Shown: positions 25,169-38,640 of the stretch, in pieces
Numbering within the stretch: position 1 is the first letter of the stretch
Layout: each line of letters opens with the position of its first letter
DNA from: Octopus vulgaris
Lineage: Eukaryota
Assembly: GCA_951406725.2 (NCBI GenBank)
Contig: OX597814.1
Location: 140,864,001 to 140,928,000, forward strand
DNA: 64,000 bases
Direction: 5' to 3'
The notes under the pieces: model-generated
Databases searched by the model: none
Told to the model about the DNA's origin: nothing
Seen by the model: the letters and a program-made list of their open reading frames with translations, nothing else
Translations under genes and position numbers: made by a program

Positions 25169-25675
25169 TTTACAGTCAGATGCCCTTCTTGTCAACATTG
25201 CAAGCACAAAGCTTAGGAGCGTCAACAAATATTCTCATTCGTAGCTCAGCGACTTTCATGCAGAGCATAGAATGTAAACATCCATACAGACACATGTATA
25301 TATACAATGAGCTTCTGTACACTTTCCATGTACTGAATTCACTGCCAACACACTGGTTGGTCTATGGCTAAAGTAGAAGACACTCACTCAAAGTGCCATG
25401 CAATAAAAATGAAACCAAAACCACATAGTTGAGAAGCAAATTCTTGCCTTGTTTGTGTCCAGTGGAGAGAGAGTGTTTGTGCATGCATGATAACAAGCTA
25501 TATAAACCCCAAATGTTTTACAATAACAATACACAGTCAATATAAGTTCTTATAACAAACAGACCAAGGTTCTAGTCAAGAGATCCTTATCTTTGGATGA
25601 AGAGAAATGCGTTAGCCAAGAGTTTTTAGACATTTTAGAACATGTGTATGTGTGTGTGTAAAGCGGTCAACTTAC

Positions 25676-25770
25676 TTGCGGGTAATTTTCCTTCCCCAGA
25701 AGTTATTGACAAATACCACATCTGGATGATAGATTCGATAATCATGTGGCTTCTTGAAAAATTGTGGTAC
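25676..25770 (-). CDS. C6orf136: C6orf136 homolog exon 3 (VPQFFKKPHDYRIYHPDVVFVNNFWGRKITR)
   Basis: taatttccag acceptor, AA|gtaagt donor, 95 nt, phase 0-2. Matches the LPxFFxxxHDYxxYxxDVxFxN start of DUF2358. Too short for the ORF track. Confidence 0.9.
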
Positions 25771-28263
25771 CTGGAAATTAAAAGACAATTTAGTTACACA
25801 AGGGTACTCAATAGTTTAGAGAGTTTAGACCTAATTAGATTAATAATGATAGCTTTGCAAACTATTTCCTCGTTTTGGAAGATTGGACATGATACCAGTG
25901 GTGATTGGAGCATTGGGCTCAATCCCATTCATGGATTATATTGTAGCTTTGAAATTTTGATGATGTAATTGTATATTTTTAGCTTTGAAGAGTATGTGTG
26001 ATAGGCTGGACCTGGTTAGTTAGAACATAAAACAGATAGCATATTTGGGTCAGACATGACCAGGTTAAATGCTAAAGGGTTAATAATAATAATAATCCTT
26101 CCAACTATAGGCACAAGACCAGCAATTTTAGAAGTGAGGGCTAGTAAATTTCATCGATGTGGCATGGGGAAAGCACCTTTCAAGTGTTGGGCCTCGTGGA
26201 GGCAATGATGAATGACTGACTCCTTTGGCATTATGTTGTGCTTGAGAAGAAGACCCATCAAGCCAAGTAAAATTGCAGTCGTGGCAGATACTGGTGTCAT
26301 GCAAATGGCACCCATGCCAGTGGCATGTATAAGCACCCCTTACATTCTCAGAGTGGCTGGTGTTAGAAAGGGCATCCAGCTGTAGGAAGCCATATCAGAC
26401 CAAACTGGAATCTAGTGCAGCTTTCCAGCCTTGGTAAACCTGTCCAACCTATGGCAGCATGGACAATGGATGTTAATTGATGATGATGACCCCGAAAGGA
26501 TGAACGGCAAAGTCAGTTTCCGTGGAATTTGATCTCAGGAAGTAAAGAAAATAGAAATGCTGTTCAGCATTTTGTTTGTCATGGTAACAAATCTATTAGC
26601 TTGCTGTCTTGACAATAATAAGAGGGTCATCACCATTTTTGTTTTCCAGTGAACTACAGAAAAAACATTTTTAACAGCTATTAGGCATTTATCCAACAGC
26701 TCAATTATACAATATATGTACGTGTATAACTGGTGATTTACTCAGACCTGTCATAAGCTGAAGGACTCATGAAGCCAGAGTTTAACCTGATTTTCACAGC
26801 ATATAAAGGAGGGAAGCACCAATCTGTTGTTGCAGAGTTAAATTTCCAGTTATTGCTAGAATTTATTTACTGCAGCAGAGTAGACTGGACTGCCTTGGTC
26901 TTGGAATCAAAACTATGGCCTTATGATTGTGATTGCAACATCTTAATCACTACTAAGTCATGTGCTTTCACATTTTTAGTGGTACAAAAAGAAAGAAAAA
27001 GGAAAAAAAAAAAAAAAAAACCCTAACCCTACATAGAATCTAAAGAATTTGGTGCTCCTCTGTGTGGGTGCAAAAATTACTGATTTTTTTTTTATGCTGC
27101 AGAAATAAGAGGAATCTGACATTTAAGGATTATCACTCAAAAGTGATATTTTCTCTCTCTCTCAGATGAAGGAAACATCAGATCTTCCATTTCCACTCCC
27201 TTGCCATACAACCTTATCAAAAATCGCAGTATTGCTGAGAATGAGGTGATGTACTGATTGGTGATAATGAAAAAAGAAAAAACAAAAAACAAAACAAAAA
27301 AAAAAAAACAAGAAAAGATCTCAGATTAATAGTTATATTCAATAACAAGCATGATCATTGGTAGAACCCAAGTTTGTATTTAAGAGTAGTGGAAAAATGA
27401 GATAAAAAAAAGAATTCTGATAACCAAACCTTGCTCAGTGAATATTTTATCAGAAATAAAACGTTAATTTCTATTGTTTCTTTAAAGATAAAAAAATTCC
27501 ACCCCCACCTCTCAATATTATGGAAAATTTTGTCTTTTTACACACACACAGTCATCATTTTAATGCCTACTTTTCCATGCTTGCATGGATCAGACAGTTC
27601 ACTGAGGTAGATTTTCTATGGCCTTTCCTGTTTCCAAACAAAGTAATATTTCCCCATGGCCAGACATGGAAGACTAGTGATTAAAACTCCTTGAGTGATG
27701 TCAATAAAAAAAAGCAACACAAACACACACATTATATCTATATATAGATATAGTAGGTGATATAGATTTAGAAACATATACTTGTTGCTGGTACTACATC
27801 AAAAGCATTGGTGCTGGTGCCACATAAAAAGCACCCAGTACACTCTGTAAAGTGGTTGGCATTAAGAAGGGCATCCAGTTGTAGAAATCATGCCAGAACA
27901 GACAATGGAGCTTGGTGCAGCCCTCATTCATAGCAGCTCCAGTCAAACCGTCCAACCCATGCCTGCATGGAAAATGGATGTTAAATGAAGAGGATAATAC
28001 ATACACATACATGCACAACTCGATCAGCTCAGGGCTGTAGAAGATGATATATGCACATAGCTCTACACAGTGGAACTGAACTTCTTAATCACACACCCAT
28101 GTCTGTGCTTTTATGTATCTATTTTCTAAGGCTTCCATGGATGGGATGACATAATTTTCTGAAGCTATTCTTTTTATAGCTAGATGCTTTTTCTATGGTT
28201 AATCACTCAACCATGGTGTAGGAAGTAAAACTATTTTCGCTCATTTTGTCAGTCAACTAGAAT

Positions 28264-28449
28264 AGTGCTTTGCAACCTTTTTCCATTTGTGGTACACCTA
28301 TATTCTTTTCAAAATTCGGCTGCACACCTGAACTAAAAGTATAACTAACAGTATAAAGAAAACAAATTATATTGAGGTTACACTGTGACACACCTAGCAT
28401 CATCTGATGGCACACTAGTGTACTGCAGCATACTGGTTGTGGAGCACTG
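28264..28449. mobile_element. hAT-type MITE
   Basis: tagtgctttgcaacc ... ggttgtggagcactg termini. Confidence 0.55.
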
Positions 28450-30454
28450 AACCAGAACAGATAGAAGTATAACATAAAGGCTGAATATTTACCTGGATTT
28501 GAACTGATGTCTTATTGATACCTTAACCTTACAATCACACACACTATTCTACACCCCTCCAGAATCCTGCACGACTCAGCTGATTTGGCTTTAGGGCATT
28601 TTTTTTTACAGTGGTATGTTCTATCTATATATGTATCTTTCCCAGCAACACCACCTCTGCCCTTTTTTATCACTGAATTAGTCATCTCTACCCCTATCTC
28701 TGTTATTCTCCTCTTACACTCTTATGAAATTAACCCCTTTTCCCTCCCGATCCATTGTCTGCATTTTTCTATTATACTTACCTTCTTGTACTGGAGAGCT
28801 CTATTTGGCACTTTGTCACCCCTATCTTTATCTTCTTCCCAGTCACTCCCACCCTTTCATAATGAAGGGTAACCACATATTTCCCTAATAGCAAAACATG
28901 TGCGCTTGTCCCACTATTCTACTTCAGCCTCTCAACACCCGACATAAAGCTACATTCCCTTCTCAAATACACTCCAAAAGACTTTAATCAGTTTATATTC
29001 TTGTAAGTCACTTTGCAACATCACCAGTGCCAGTAGCACGAAAAAAAGCACCCAGCACACACTGTAAAGTGGTTGGCATTAAGGAGGTCATCCAGCCGTA
29101 GAAAGTATGCCTAAACTAAAGTTGGAGCTTGGAGCAGCCCTGTGGCCATTGGATCTTGTCAAACTGTCCAACCTATGCCAGCATGGAAAGTGAACATATG
29201 ATGATGATATGAATGAAATAGAAACCATTGACATCACAAATATTTTCCCAGTAAAAAGAGAAATAATGCAAAGCAATTTAACAATAATTACAAATAATGT
29301 TATTATTTTTTTTATTCTGAACATTTAATGCTAAAAATACTTGTAGAAATCACCTTGAGATTATCATTATTTGCAGAACCATCCCATAAAAGGCCAGTTT
29401 GGGAATATGTAACACTATAATGACAGATGTAAAACAGTAAATTACAAGTAGTGAATTAATTAATTGCTTTGCAAAGCAGAATTAAGTCCATTGAGTGTAA
29501 TATGGCTGCACGATTAACAAATCTGCCTCACAATTATACAGTTCTAACATCAATCACACTGAGTGGAACTGTGGTTACCCCAAACATTCATCATCATTTA
29601 ATATCCATTTTTCATACTTGCATGGGTCAGATGAGATTTGTTGAGGCAGATTTTTTTACAGCTGGATGTCCTTCCTGTTGTCAATCCTCACCTGTTTCCA
29701 AGCAAGATAATATTTTTCCATGGCCAGCTATGTTTTGCATGGAAGACTGGAAATTAATCCATTATCAGGCAGCTAGGTTGCACTGACAGTAATCATCTTG
29801 AATAAGATCAGCAATTAGTGTACAACGGTTCATGCGTATATTTACGTCAACCACTTCAAAGCATGCACTGTTTATTTATGTAAGCTGTCACCACTGTGAG
29901 GACTGTAAATTCAACGAAACTGGTGTAGCTAGATGTGACTGTAAATTCTGCAAAGAACCAGAAGAATTTGCTGAATGTATACAAATTTGATAGGAAGTCA
30001 TAGTGGAAATGGTAGTGCAACCACCAAAACTGCTGTTTTTATACTATTATGGTGAAGTCTCGAACTGAGTTGGAAATATTTACATGAAGAGTCTAACAAA
30101 CCTATCAGATTCCTTGAAATTTGTGCAGTGGCCTCTATTATCGATTTCATGAGTGATAGCAGATATTTATATCAACCGGTATACAAACAGGTACAAAACC
30201 ACAGCAGATAGGGCTGTGTATATTTTCATCATCTGATACAAAACGAGTACACAGTGCATATAAATTTACGTCAACCAATGTTATGGGGTTAACAAAACTT
30301 ACTTGTATGATGATGACGACGATGATATTTGTTTACAATCATCACAAGATGTCAAGACAAGGGAACACACACACAAAATTGTAGAAAACAGAACTGATGA
30401 GAGAGAAAACATCGTAAGAATTCAGTAAAGTTTTGCAGCCAGGCAAATACTTAC

Positions 30455-31054
30455 AATTGTTATTAACTTTTCTTTCATTAAAATCAACTGTTCCTCAGAT
30501 GGTCCACCAGTTTTTTCTTTCTTGGCGGGTGTCTTATTTGCATTGCTTGGACTTCTGGTGAAGAGGTCAACTGAAGAATTAACTACTGCATTATCAATTG
30601 CTGGCTTTAAAGGACAGAGATGGCTTCCTTTATTCAATGCCATAGTTTGTTTTGGTGTGTTAGAAAATGGGAAAGCCATTATTAGGTAAGAAGTTTTAGA
30701 GCTAGGCAATGCTTGCACAAAATTATTTTTAGTCGGCGACACCATTTGTTCAGCCGATGAAAGCTGCGAAGGAAATATACATTTATAGTCTTTGGGAATA
30801 AATACATTTGAGGAATATTGGCTAAAGTTGGATATATCAATTAAGCTATTGTTGAAAGGCTCCACATACACTGAAAGACTATAATTGGATTTTAATTCAG
30901 ATAGAGGCAAACTCTCAGTTTTGTTGCTTAACCAAACTCCTGATGCTGGCTTTTTCTTTCTCCTATTATTATTATTATTCTTTTTAATGCCATCCGCATA
31001 AAATTCATTGTAGAAACTTTCTTCTATAAACTTGGTATTTCTCCAATTTAAAAG
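30455..31054 (-). CDS. C6orf136: C6orf136 homolog exon 2 (600 nt; LLNWRNTKF...GGPSEEQLILMKEKLITI)
   Basis: Acceptor tttatttttgcag, donor ATT|gtaagt, 200 open codons, phase 0-0. The end PSEEQLILMKEKL resembles the PSMEEHLSVMYERL helix I recall preceding DUF2358 in human C6orf136. Confidence 0.8.
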
Positions 31055-31779
31055 CTGCAAAAATAAATGAAAAAAGTGTTACGAATGAAATCTATTAATT
31101 TTTTTTTTGTAATAGAAATCAACAATCAAAATAACATTTAAATTTTCTACTCCTCATGACAAGTTCGCTGTCCACTTTTTGTTGGATTTTACTAATCAAA
31201 ATAATTTCTAAACTGAAGAAGTAAACATTCCATGAATAAGTTGCACTTTACACAAATATGGGAAGAAGTAGTGAAGACTGATCTTGGGACACTGACCTTT
31301 ATGACGATGATCATCATCATAATTTTAACTACCATTTTTCCATGCTTGCATGGGTTAGACTGAGTTTATTGTGGAGGGTTTTCTACAGCTGGATGTTTTT
31401 CCTATTGTCAAACTTCACATATTTCCAAGTAAGGCAAAATATTTCCCCATGGCCAGCATGTTTTCACAGAATATTGGAAATGACTGACAACCATTTACAA
31501 CAACCATGTGATGTCAAGACAAGGAGACACAAACATACACACACACAATGGGCTTTTTTCAGTGTCTGTCTACTGAAGCTTGGGGCTATAGTAGAAGACA
31601 CCTACCCAAGGTGCCACACAATGGGACTGAACCCAAGATTGCTAGTGACTGCAAAAAGTGCCAAGATGATATACTTGAACAGACTCAAACAATTAATGCC
31701 AGTATGGAAAAAAAAAAAAAAAAAAAAGGTATGATTATAAATGATGATGTTATCAGAAGTGAAAGTTTTGTGAAGACAT

Positions 31780-32154
31780 GTTGGGGCAAGCGAAATCGAA
31801 ATCGAATTGAACCAGCCAGGACCCCTGGACTGGTGGTACGTAAAAAGCACTATCCGACTCGTGGCCGATGCCAGCGCCGCCTCGACTGGCTTCCGTGCCG
31901 GTGGCACGTAAAATGCACCAATCTGACCGTGGCCGTTGCCAGCCTTGCCTGGCACCTGTGCAGGTGGCACGTAAAAAGCACCCACTACACTCACAGAGTG
32001 GTTGGCGTTAGGAAGGGCATCCAGCTGTAGAAACATTGCCAGATAAGACTGGAGCCTGGTGCAGCCTTCTGGCTTCCCAGATCCCCGGTCGAACCGTCCA
32101 ACCCATGCTAGCATGGAGAACGGACGTTAAACGATGATGATGATGATGATGATG
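31780..32154 (+). mobile_element. RTE 3'UTR fragment, young
   Basis: CpG-intact copy ending cggacgttaaac(gat)n. Confidence 0.88.
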
Positions 32155-34407
32155 AAAATTAAATGAATTAGATTTAACATAGAATCTCTAAAATGTGATT
32201 TATCTATAAAATCAATTTCCCCTCAAACCATCCCAATGCGACACAATAGTTATGACCTAGTTAGCAACAAAAATATTTAATTAAATGACACCTAATAACC
32301 AAGCTGTGACACCATGGAATGTGGATATTAACCCAAGTCTGACATACATTAATGTATGCAGTGAGTGTGCGATAGTGTAATTGGCAAGCACTAATGTATT
32401 GGGTTCTATTCAGTGATGCCAGAAAAAGCAAAAAACAATGGCTAAGATTTTACTATTTCAGTGGTGGAGTGAGTACAATTAATAGATTAGCAAATTATAC
32501 TTGATGCTCCTTGCATTAAATGTGTTAATATTACCTTAATTATTGGTTTTTATGGAGATATTCCTAAGTAATTTTTCTTAGTAATTAAAAAAAAAAGAAA
32601 GAAAAAAAATGCTAATTTCCATGCCCCATAATGAATAAGGAATAAGGAATAATGTTTTACAATTACTAAGTGAATTTTTTGTCACTACTCTGGCAACTAT
32701 GGCAAAGCCTATGCATTGTTGAAGAGGTATAATATGACTGAAACATGTCTGAGTTGTTTCCCATATTTTATTAAAAAAAGTTTTTCAGCTAAGAGGAAAG
32801 GCAGTGTCCAGGACTTCACAGAATCTCTGAGACTGGGGGGAGGGAGGGAAGTATCTTCAAACTGATCCAAATGTTTGCAATACAGTGGGTTCTGCTAAAT
32901 ATGCATTCAAGATGCCAGGTGGTTGCATTAAACTGGGCAATGGATCAAGTCTACCACCTAAGTGGGCCATAGTAGGATTTGATCTCAGAACAAATTGACC
33001 CCAGGACTTATTTTTTTGTAAAATCTGATACTTGTTCTATCATTCTTTTTTGTTGAACTGTTAAATTACATGGAATGTAAACAAACCAACACTCATCAAG
33101 AGGTGGGAAGTGTGTGTGGGAGGAGCAACACAAATATATATGACAGGCTTCCATACAGTCTCTGTCAACCAAATTTACTTGCCAGACATTAGGAGACACT
33201 TGCCAAAGGTACAGTGTAATGGGACTGAACCCCAAACCAAGTGGTTACAAGGTGAGCTTCTTAATCACACATCCATGTCTGTGCCTGTTTATCCATAATG
33301 AGAAATAGTTTTCTAATTCAATGGGAACATATTACAATTTATCTCTCATCCTACAAAAAGGACAACTTCTCTGATTCTGTCTGCAACAAACCTATCATTT
33401 TCGCAAAACAGTAGTTAACAACCATCTCAAGTTTTTCTTCCTTCTCAGTCTCCATCAGTCCAGCTTTCATAAAAATCACATCTAAGGGCTTGCTCTTGAT
33501 GTCTTATTAGTGGTCTTTTGCCCTTGAGAAGTTCAACATAAGACAGAGAAATGCCATTACATTTCAGTAAAGTATTTGACTGAGCCTAACACAAAAATCT
33601 CCTGGATAAGTTACCTGTCTATGGGTTTCATCAATACATTATCTCTTCCTGTCAAGATCGCAAACTCTGATGTGCCCCAAGATTTGGTTATGCCCTCAAC
33701 ACTCTTCCTCCTATAGCTGCATCACCTCTAGCACTCCTAAGAATGATACCTCTCTGCTAGAAGCTTCCACTGAGCCTGCACTGCTTCCATGAACAGAGAA
33801 CTCAAAAATAGCATTTGCCAATGAAGGCATGACACCAATCTTCTTCAGCACAAAGACAAAATCCTTGCTTATATCATCTTCTAGCACACCCACTTTAATT
33901 TTAAGCTACAACACAAAACCTTCAAAGTAGCTTGCTAGAAATACCGGCCCTCAAAATCTCTCATTCATCACAAAGACTAGCTTTACAACTGAGAGCTAGG
34001 AACTCCTTTGAACCCAATCAGTTGCTTATTCCCTAGAAGGCAAAACTGAGATATTAAGACCTATATCGGAGCAGGCCCTGCTGCCCGATACTCAAATATT
34101 CCTAGATAACACACATCTAAAACAAAGGTGCTCAGCCAATTAGCCGAAACTCATTCACCAACACGCTCAGCTAGCTCACAGATTTGCTGTTTCCTTATTT
34201 TACTTATTCTACTATTGCTACTACAATGGCCACTGTTCCATGGAAATAGCCAACCATTTTCATCTAAGCCAACATGTCTCTCATCACTCTACTGTGTCTT
34301 CCCATTTATCAAGCTCTGAACAAACCCCAATACTTTTTCTTCCTTTGATGTTCAACTGTTCCTACCCACTCACTACAAAAGACAAAAATAACCCAAGAAA
34401 AAAAAAA

Positions 34408-34790
34408 GGTATGTTTGTGTAGTTAAGAAGTTTGCCTTGGGTTCAGTCCCACTGTGTGGCACCTTGGACAACTGTCTTCTGCTATAGACCTGGGCTGAAC
34501 CAATACCTTCTAAGTAAATTTGGGAGACAGAAATTGTGGGGAAGCCCATTGTATATATACATATATATGTGTGTGTGTGTCTGTATTTGTCCTTCACCAC
34601 TGTTTGACAGCCTGTGTGGGTTTGTTTACATCCCCATAACTGTGTGGTCGTTTGGTAAAAGAGACTGACACAACTACTGACTTTAAAAAAAAAAAAAAAG
34701 AAACCCAGAAGCACTGGGGTCAATTTGTTCAACTAAACCCTTCAAGGTGGTGCCCCAGCATGGCCACAGTCTAATGATAGATAAAAGATA
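34408..34790 (+). mobile_element. SINE family A, diverged
   Basis: gttcagtcccactgtgtggcaccttgg ... gtgccccagcatggccacagtc blocks. Confidence 0.8.
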
Positions 34791-36004
34791 AAATTTTAAA
34801 ATACAGCCTAAAAGTGGGTTGAAGAGAGAAAGTGGTGGAGGAAAATACTTGAAAAAAAAAAGAAAGACAAAACAAATAAATAAATAAAAGAAAGCCTGTT
34901 TATAGCAACAAATAGAAAATGAATAGAAAAAAGTTTTTAAGGTCAAGAACTGCTCTTTTCAGTTGATGTATTTGAGAGGAAAGTTATGATCAGGTTCTTA
35001 AATGACGAAAACATAGCAACTATTATAGTGTATTTATTCGCTTTTGTTAATCATTATGAGAATTACCACAAAACTAGGCCAGTATGATGTCATAGTGACG
35101 TAGTGAGAAAATCTAATTATATATTCTTTTGCTGTTGTCAGTGGAGTTTCATTTCAAAAGAAAATATTTTCATACAAATTGACGGCTTCTTTTGTGACAT
35201 AGACTGTATTTTAGTTTAGAGGGAGATTTTAAAGGTAATGTCTATTTTATTGATGCAATTTAATAAAGACGGTGAGACTTAGAGCACTCCCTACATGATA
35301 TTCAGATAATGACGAGAGGAAGTAGTTATGTATCTATTTATATTTTGAAGAATCTATGAGAATCGTTTGGCATTTAACTATTTAGACACATACTGAATCA
35401 TCATCAGAGACAAAGGAATGCAAACAAGATAAGGATTAGGTTCAATAAAAGTGTGAGAAAGAAGATTTAAAGCGCAAAAAAATGTTAATATGTTAAAAGC
35501 AAAATACGAATTATATAAAAAGTTTGGGAACATTTTAGTTTTAAATAAAAGCATATCTTAAAAAAAAAAAAGGAAATAATATTTGTAAAGACTAAAATAA
35601 AAGTCTACTGTGGAAATAAGATTTTATTTGTAAGGACCAAAGAAACAATTGAAAACACGTGAGTAAAGTAAGAATCTATTGTTAAAGTGAGATTGTATTG
35701 GTAAGGATTTGAATAAAAAATCTTATGTTGAAATGGAACTTGAAGAAAGGATCTTTTGTAAAAATTGGATTTTATTTTGTAAGGACTATTATAAGAAAAT
35801 GGGATTATTTGTAATGACCAAGGTGGCAAGCTGGCAGAATTGTTAGCATGCCAGGCAAAATGCTTAGCAATATTTTGTCCATCTTTATGTTCCGAGTTCA
35901 CATCCTACCAAGGTTGACTTTGCTTTTAATCTTTTCAACATCGATGAAATAAGTACTAGTTACACACTAGGGTTGATGTGTGTATATATATATATATATA
36001 TTAG

Positions 36005-36120
36005 AATCTCCGAAGAGGCCGTAAGATATTTTTGTTAATGTCTCATTTATACCTGCAATATATGGCTAATATAGGTTAAATGAGACATACTTATCTGCAT
36101 GGCCGAAACAGCTGTCAGTT
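36005..36120 (+). ncRNA. Type I hammerhead-ribozyme-like motif with very long helix II, in a ~310 bp (TA)n-flanked element (36001-36310)
   Basis: CCGAAGA (36010-16; CUGANGA with U4C) - GGCC ... GGCC - GAAA - CAGCTG - TC (36101-36116). Palindromic helix III ACAGCTGT. Internal 12-bp stem atgtctcattta/taaatgagacat. Activity not shown. Confidence 0.6.
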
Positions 36121-36309
36121 ATAATGTATATGTATTTTTATATCTTGTTATATTTATTTAGTTATATCTCATTATATCGATTGTAATTATTGTACTGTAT
36201 TAATGTCTAATCTTAATGCTCTTGTGTAGTGTTTTAATAAAGTATATGATTCGGTATTATCTGATAGTTGATGAATGATTTAGATATATTTCTCCATTTT
36301 CTCATTTTG

Positions 36310-36341
<32 letters not shown>

Positions 36342-36524
36342 GACACACACATACACACAAATATATATATACACATACATATATAAATATATAATTATAT
36401 AGATATGTATGTACATACATAAATATACATACATTTTCATATATACACATATCTATATACACATACACACATATATAAAGATATATATATACACACATGT
36501 ACATAGATATACATACATATACAT

Positions 36525-36721
36525 CATCATCATCCATCATTTTGAATCCTGGTTTTGTCTCCGTTAATGGGGATGGCTAGATCTACTTCAGTGCCACAGC
36601 AACCGCCCTGACACAATCTCACCCAATTTTGGATGACCTTCTTTCTCAAGCCAACCCTCCCAGTCTCCTCTTCCACCTGTCCCCTCCACATTTTCCTTGG
36701 TCTACCATGCTTTCGCTGTTC
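36525..36721 (-). mobile_element. 3' end of a different RTE subfamily
   Basis: [23 protein letters not shown] followed by a short UTR and gatgatgat tail. Confidence 0.7.
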
Positions 36722-37320
36722 GTACACATATATATGTGTATATATACATAAACATACATAAATAAATATATACATGTATATATATATATATATATATTTA
36801 CATATATACATGCACACACACATATATATACATACACACACACACATATATACATACATATATATATATATACATACATACATATATATACATATATATA
36901 TATATATACATACATACATATATATACATATATATATATATACATGCGTATGCATACTTAAGCCAGTAAACTGCCTCATTCTTGATTCCGAATTCCTTTT
37001 GCCAAGTCTGTCCGTAAACGAAGTGATCTCAAGATAAGAAATCTTTGAACTTTAATTCATCCGTATCTCTATTTATTATTATTATTTATTAATTATTATT
37101 ATTATTCTGATCCCCCTAGTTGCCACTCTGTTTACTATTTCAGCCTCGCCTCGTTTTGCATATTCTGTATAATTCACTAGTTATCGTTATAGATATTTTA
37201 AGATCTATCTCCCTTATAGAAATTGGCTGCCGATTCTTCGCGGCGCGCCCGCCCTACCCACCCCCACCACCAATACCGGATATCTCTATTTTGCTCCAAC
37301 TATACCGGATGTCGTTTTCT

Positions 37321-38104
37321 CCCACCACCATTATAGGTGTCTACTCTTTGAACCCCCTCTTCAATACGCTATTTCACCATGCATTACCCCTCTCTCGATA
37401 TCCTACGTTCTACTTGCCTAGAACCTGTCCTCTGGACCACCCCTCCCACTGGTGCTCCCCTATATTTCTGCATCCCCCCACCACCATTATAGGTGTCTAC
37501 TCTTTGAACCCCCCTCTTCAATACGCTATTTCACCATGCATTACCCCTCTCTCGATATCCTACGTTCTACTTGCCTAGAACCTGTCCTCTGAACCACCCC
37601 TCCCACTGGTGCTCCCCTATATTTCTGCACCCCCCCCACCACCATTATAGGTGCCTACTCTTTGAACCCCCTCTTCAATACGCTATTCACCATGCATTAC
37701 CCCTCTCTCGATATCCTACGTTCTACTTGCCTAGAACCTGTCCTCTGAACCACCCCTCCCACTGGTGCTCCCCTATATTTCTGCACCCCCCACCACCATA
37801 ATAGGTGTCTACTCTTTGAACCCCCTCTTCAATACGCTATTTCACCATGCATTACCCCTCTCTCGATATCCTACGTTCTACTTGCCTAGAACCTGTCCCC
37901 TGAACCACCCCTCCCACTGGTGCTCCCCTATATTTCTGCACCCCCCACCACCATTATAGGTGTCTACTCTTTGAACCCCCCTCTTCAATACGCTATTTCA
38001 CCATGCATTACCCCTCTCTCAATATCCTACGTTCTACTTGACTAGTACCTGTCCTCTGAACCACCCCTCCCACTGGTGCTCCCCTATATTTCTGCACCCC
38101 CCCC
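37321..38104. repeat. Tandem array, 5 near-identical units of ~155 bp
   Basis: Marker t(t/a)ataggtg starts at 37331, 37487, 37645, 37799 and 37954 (periods 156, 158, 154, 155). Units differ mainly in C-run length. Confidence 0.97.
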
Positions 38105-38344
38105 ATAAAAAGCACCATCCGAACGTGGCCGATGCCAGACCCCTCTGGCACCTGTGCAGGTGGCACGTAAAAAACACCCACTACACTCGCGGAGTGGTTG
38201 GCGTTAGGAAGGGCATCCAGCTGTAGAAACACTGCCAGACTAGACTGGAGCCTGGGGCAGTCCCGAGCTCCCCAGACCCCGGTCGAAACCGTCCAACCCG
38301 TGCTAGCGCGGAAAACGGACGTTAAACGATGATGATGATGATGA

Positions 38345-38569
38345 TACATACATACATACATATACATATATATACATACATACATACATATACATATATA
38401 TATATATACATACATACATACATATACATATATATATACATACATACATATATATATATATACATACATACATACACATACATATATATATATATACATA
38501 CATACATACACATACATATATATATATATATACATACATACATACACATACATATATATATATATATAT

Positions 38570-38600
<31 letters not shown>

Positions 38601-38640
38601 ATATATATATATATAGACATACATATACATTTATATACAT
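38345..38640. repeat. Compound (TA)n/(TACA)n microsatellite
   Basis: Direct reading. Other large tracts at 36310-36520, 36722-36950, 40578-40708, 58807-58945, 59900-60080; (GA)n at 9408-9463. Confidence 0.97.

Noticed and set aside
31548-32114. Recurrent ORFs with [11 protein letters not shown] / KSTHYT peptides
   Set aside because: Translations of the RTE 3'UTR in either orientation.
33350-34130. Possible extra exon or old LINE in intron 1
   Set aside because: No motif recognised and no convincing splice pair.
36234-37037. Y/I/C/V/M-rich ORFs here and at ~9250-10315, 38008-38727, 58694-60146
   Set aside because: Translations of (TA)n, (CA)n, (TACA)n and (GA)n microsatellites.
37120-38226. 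Pro/His-rich repeat ORFs or a CRISPR-like array
   Set aside because: Frames shift with C-run length, units have no unique spacers, and the context is eukaryotic with no cas genes.
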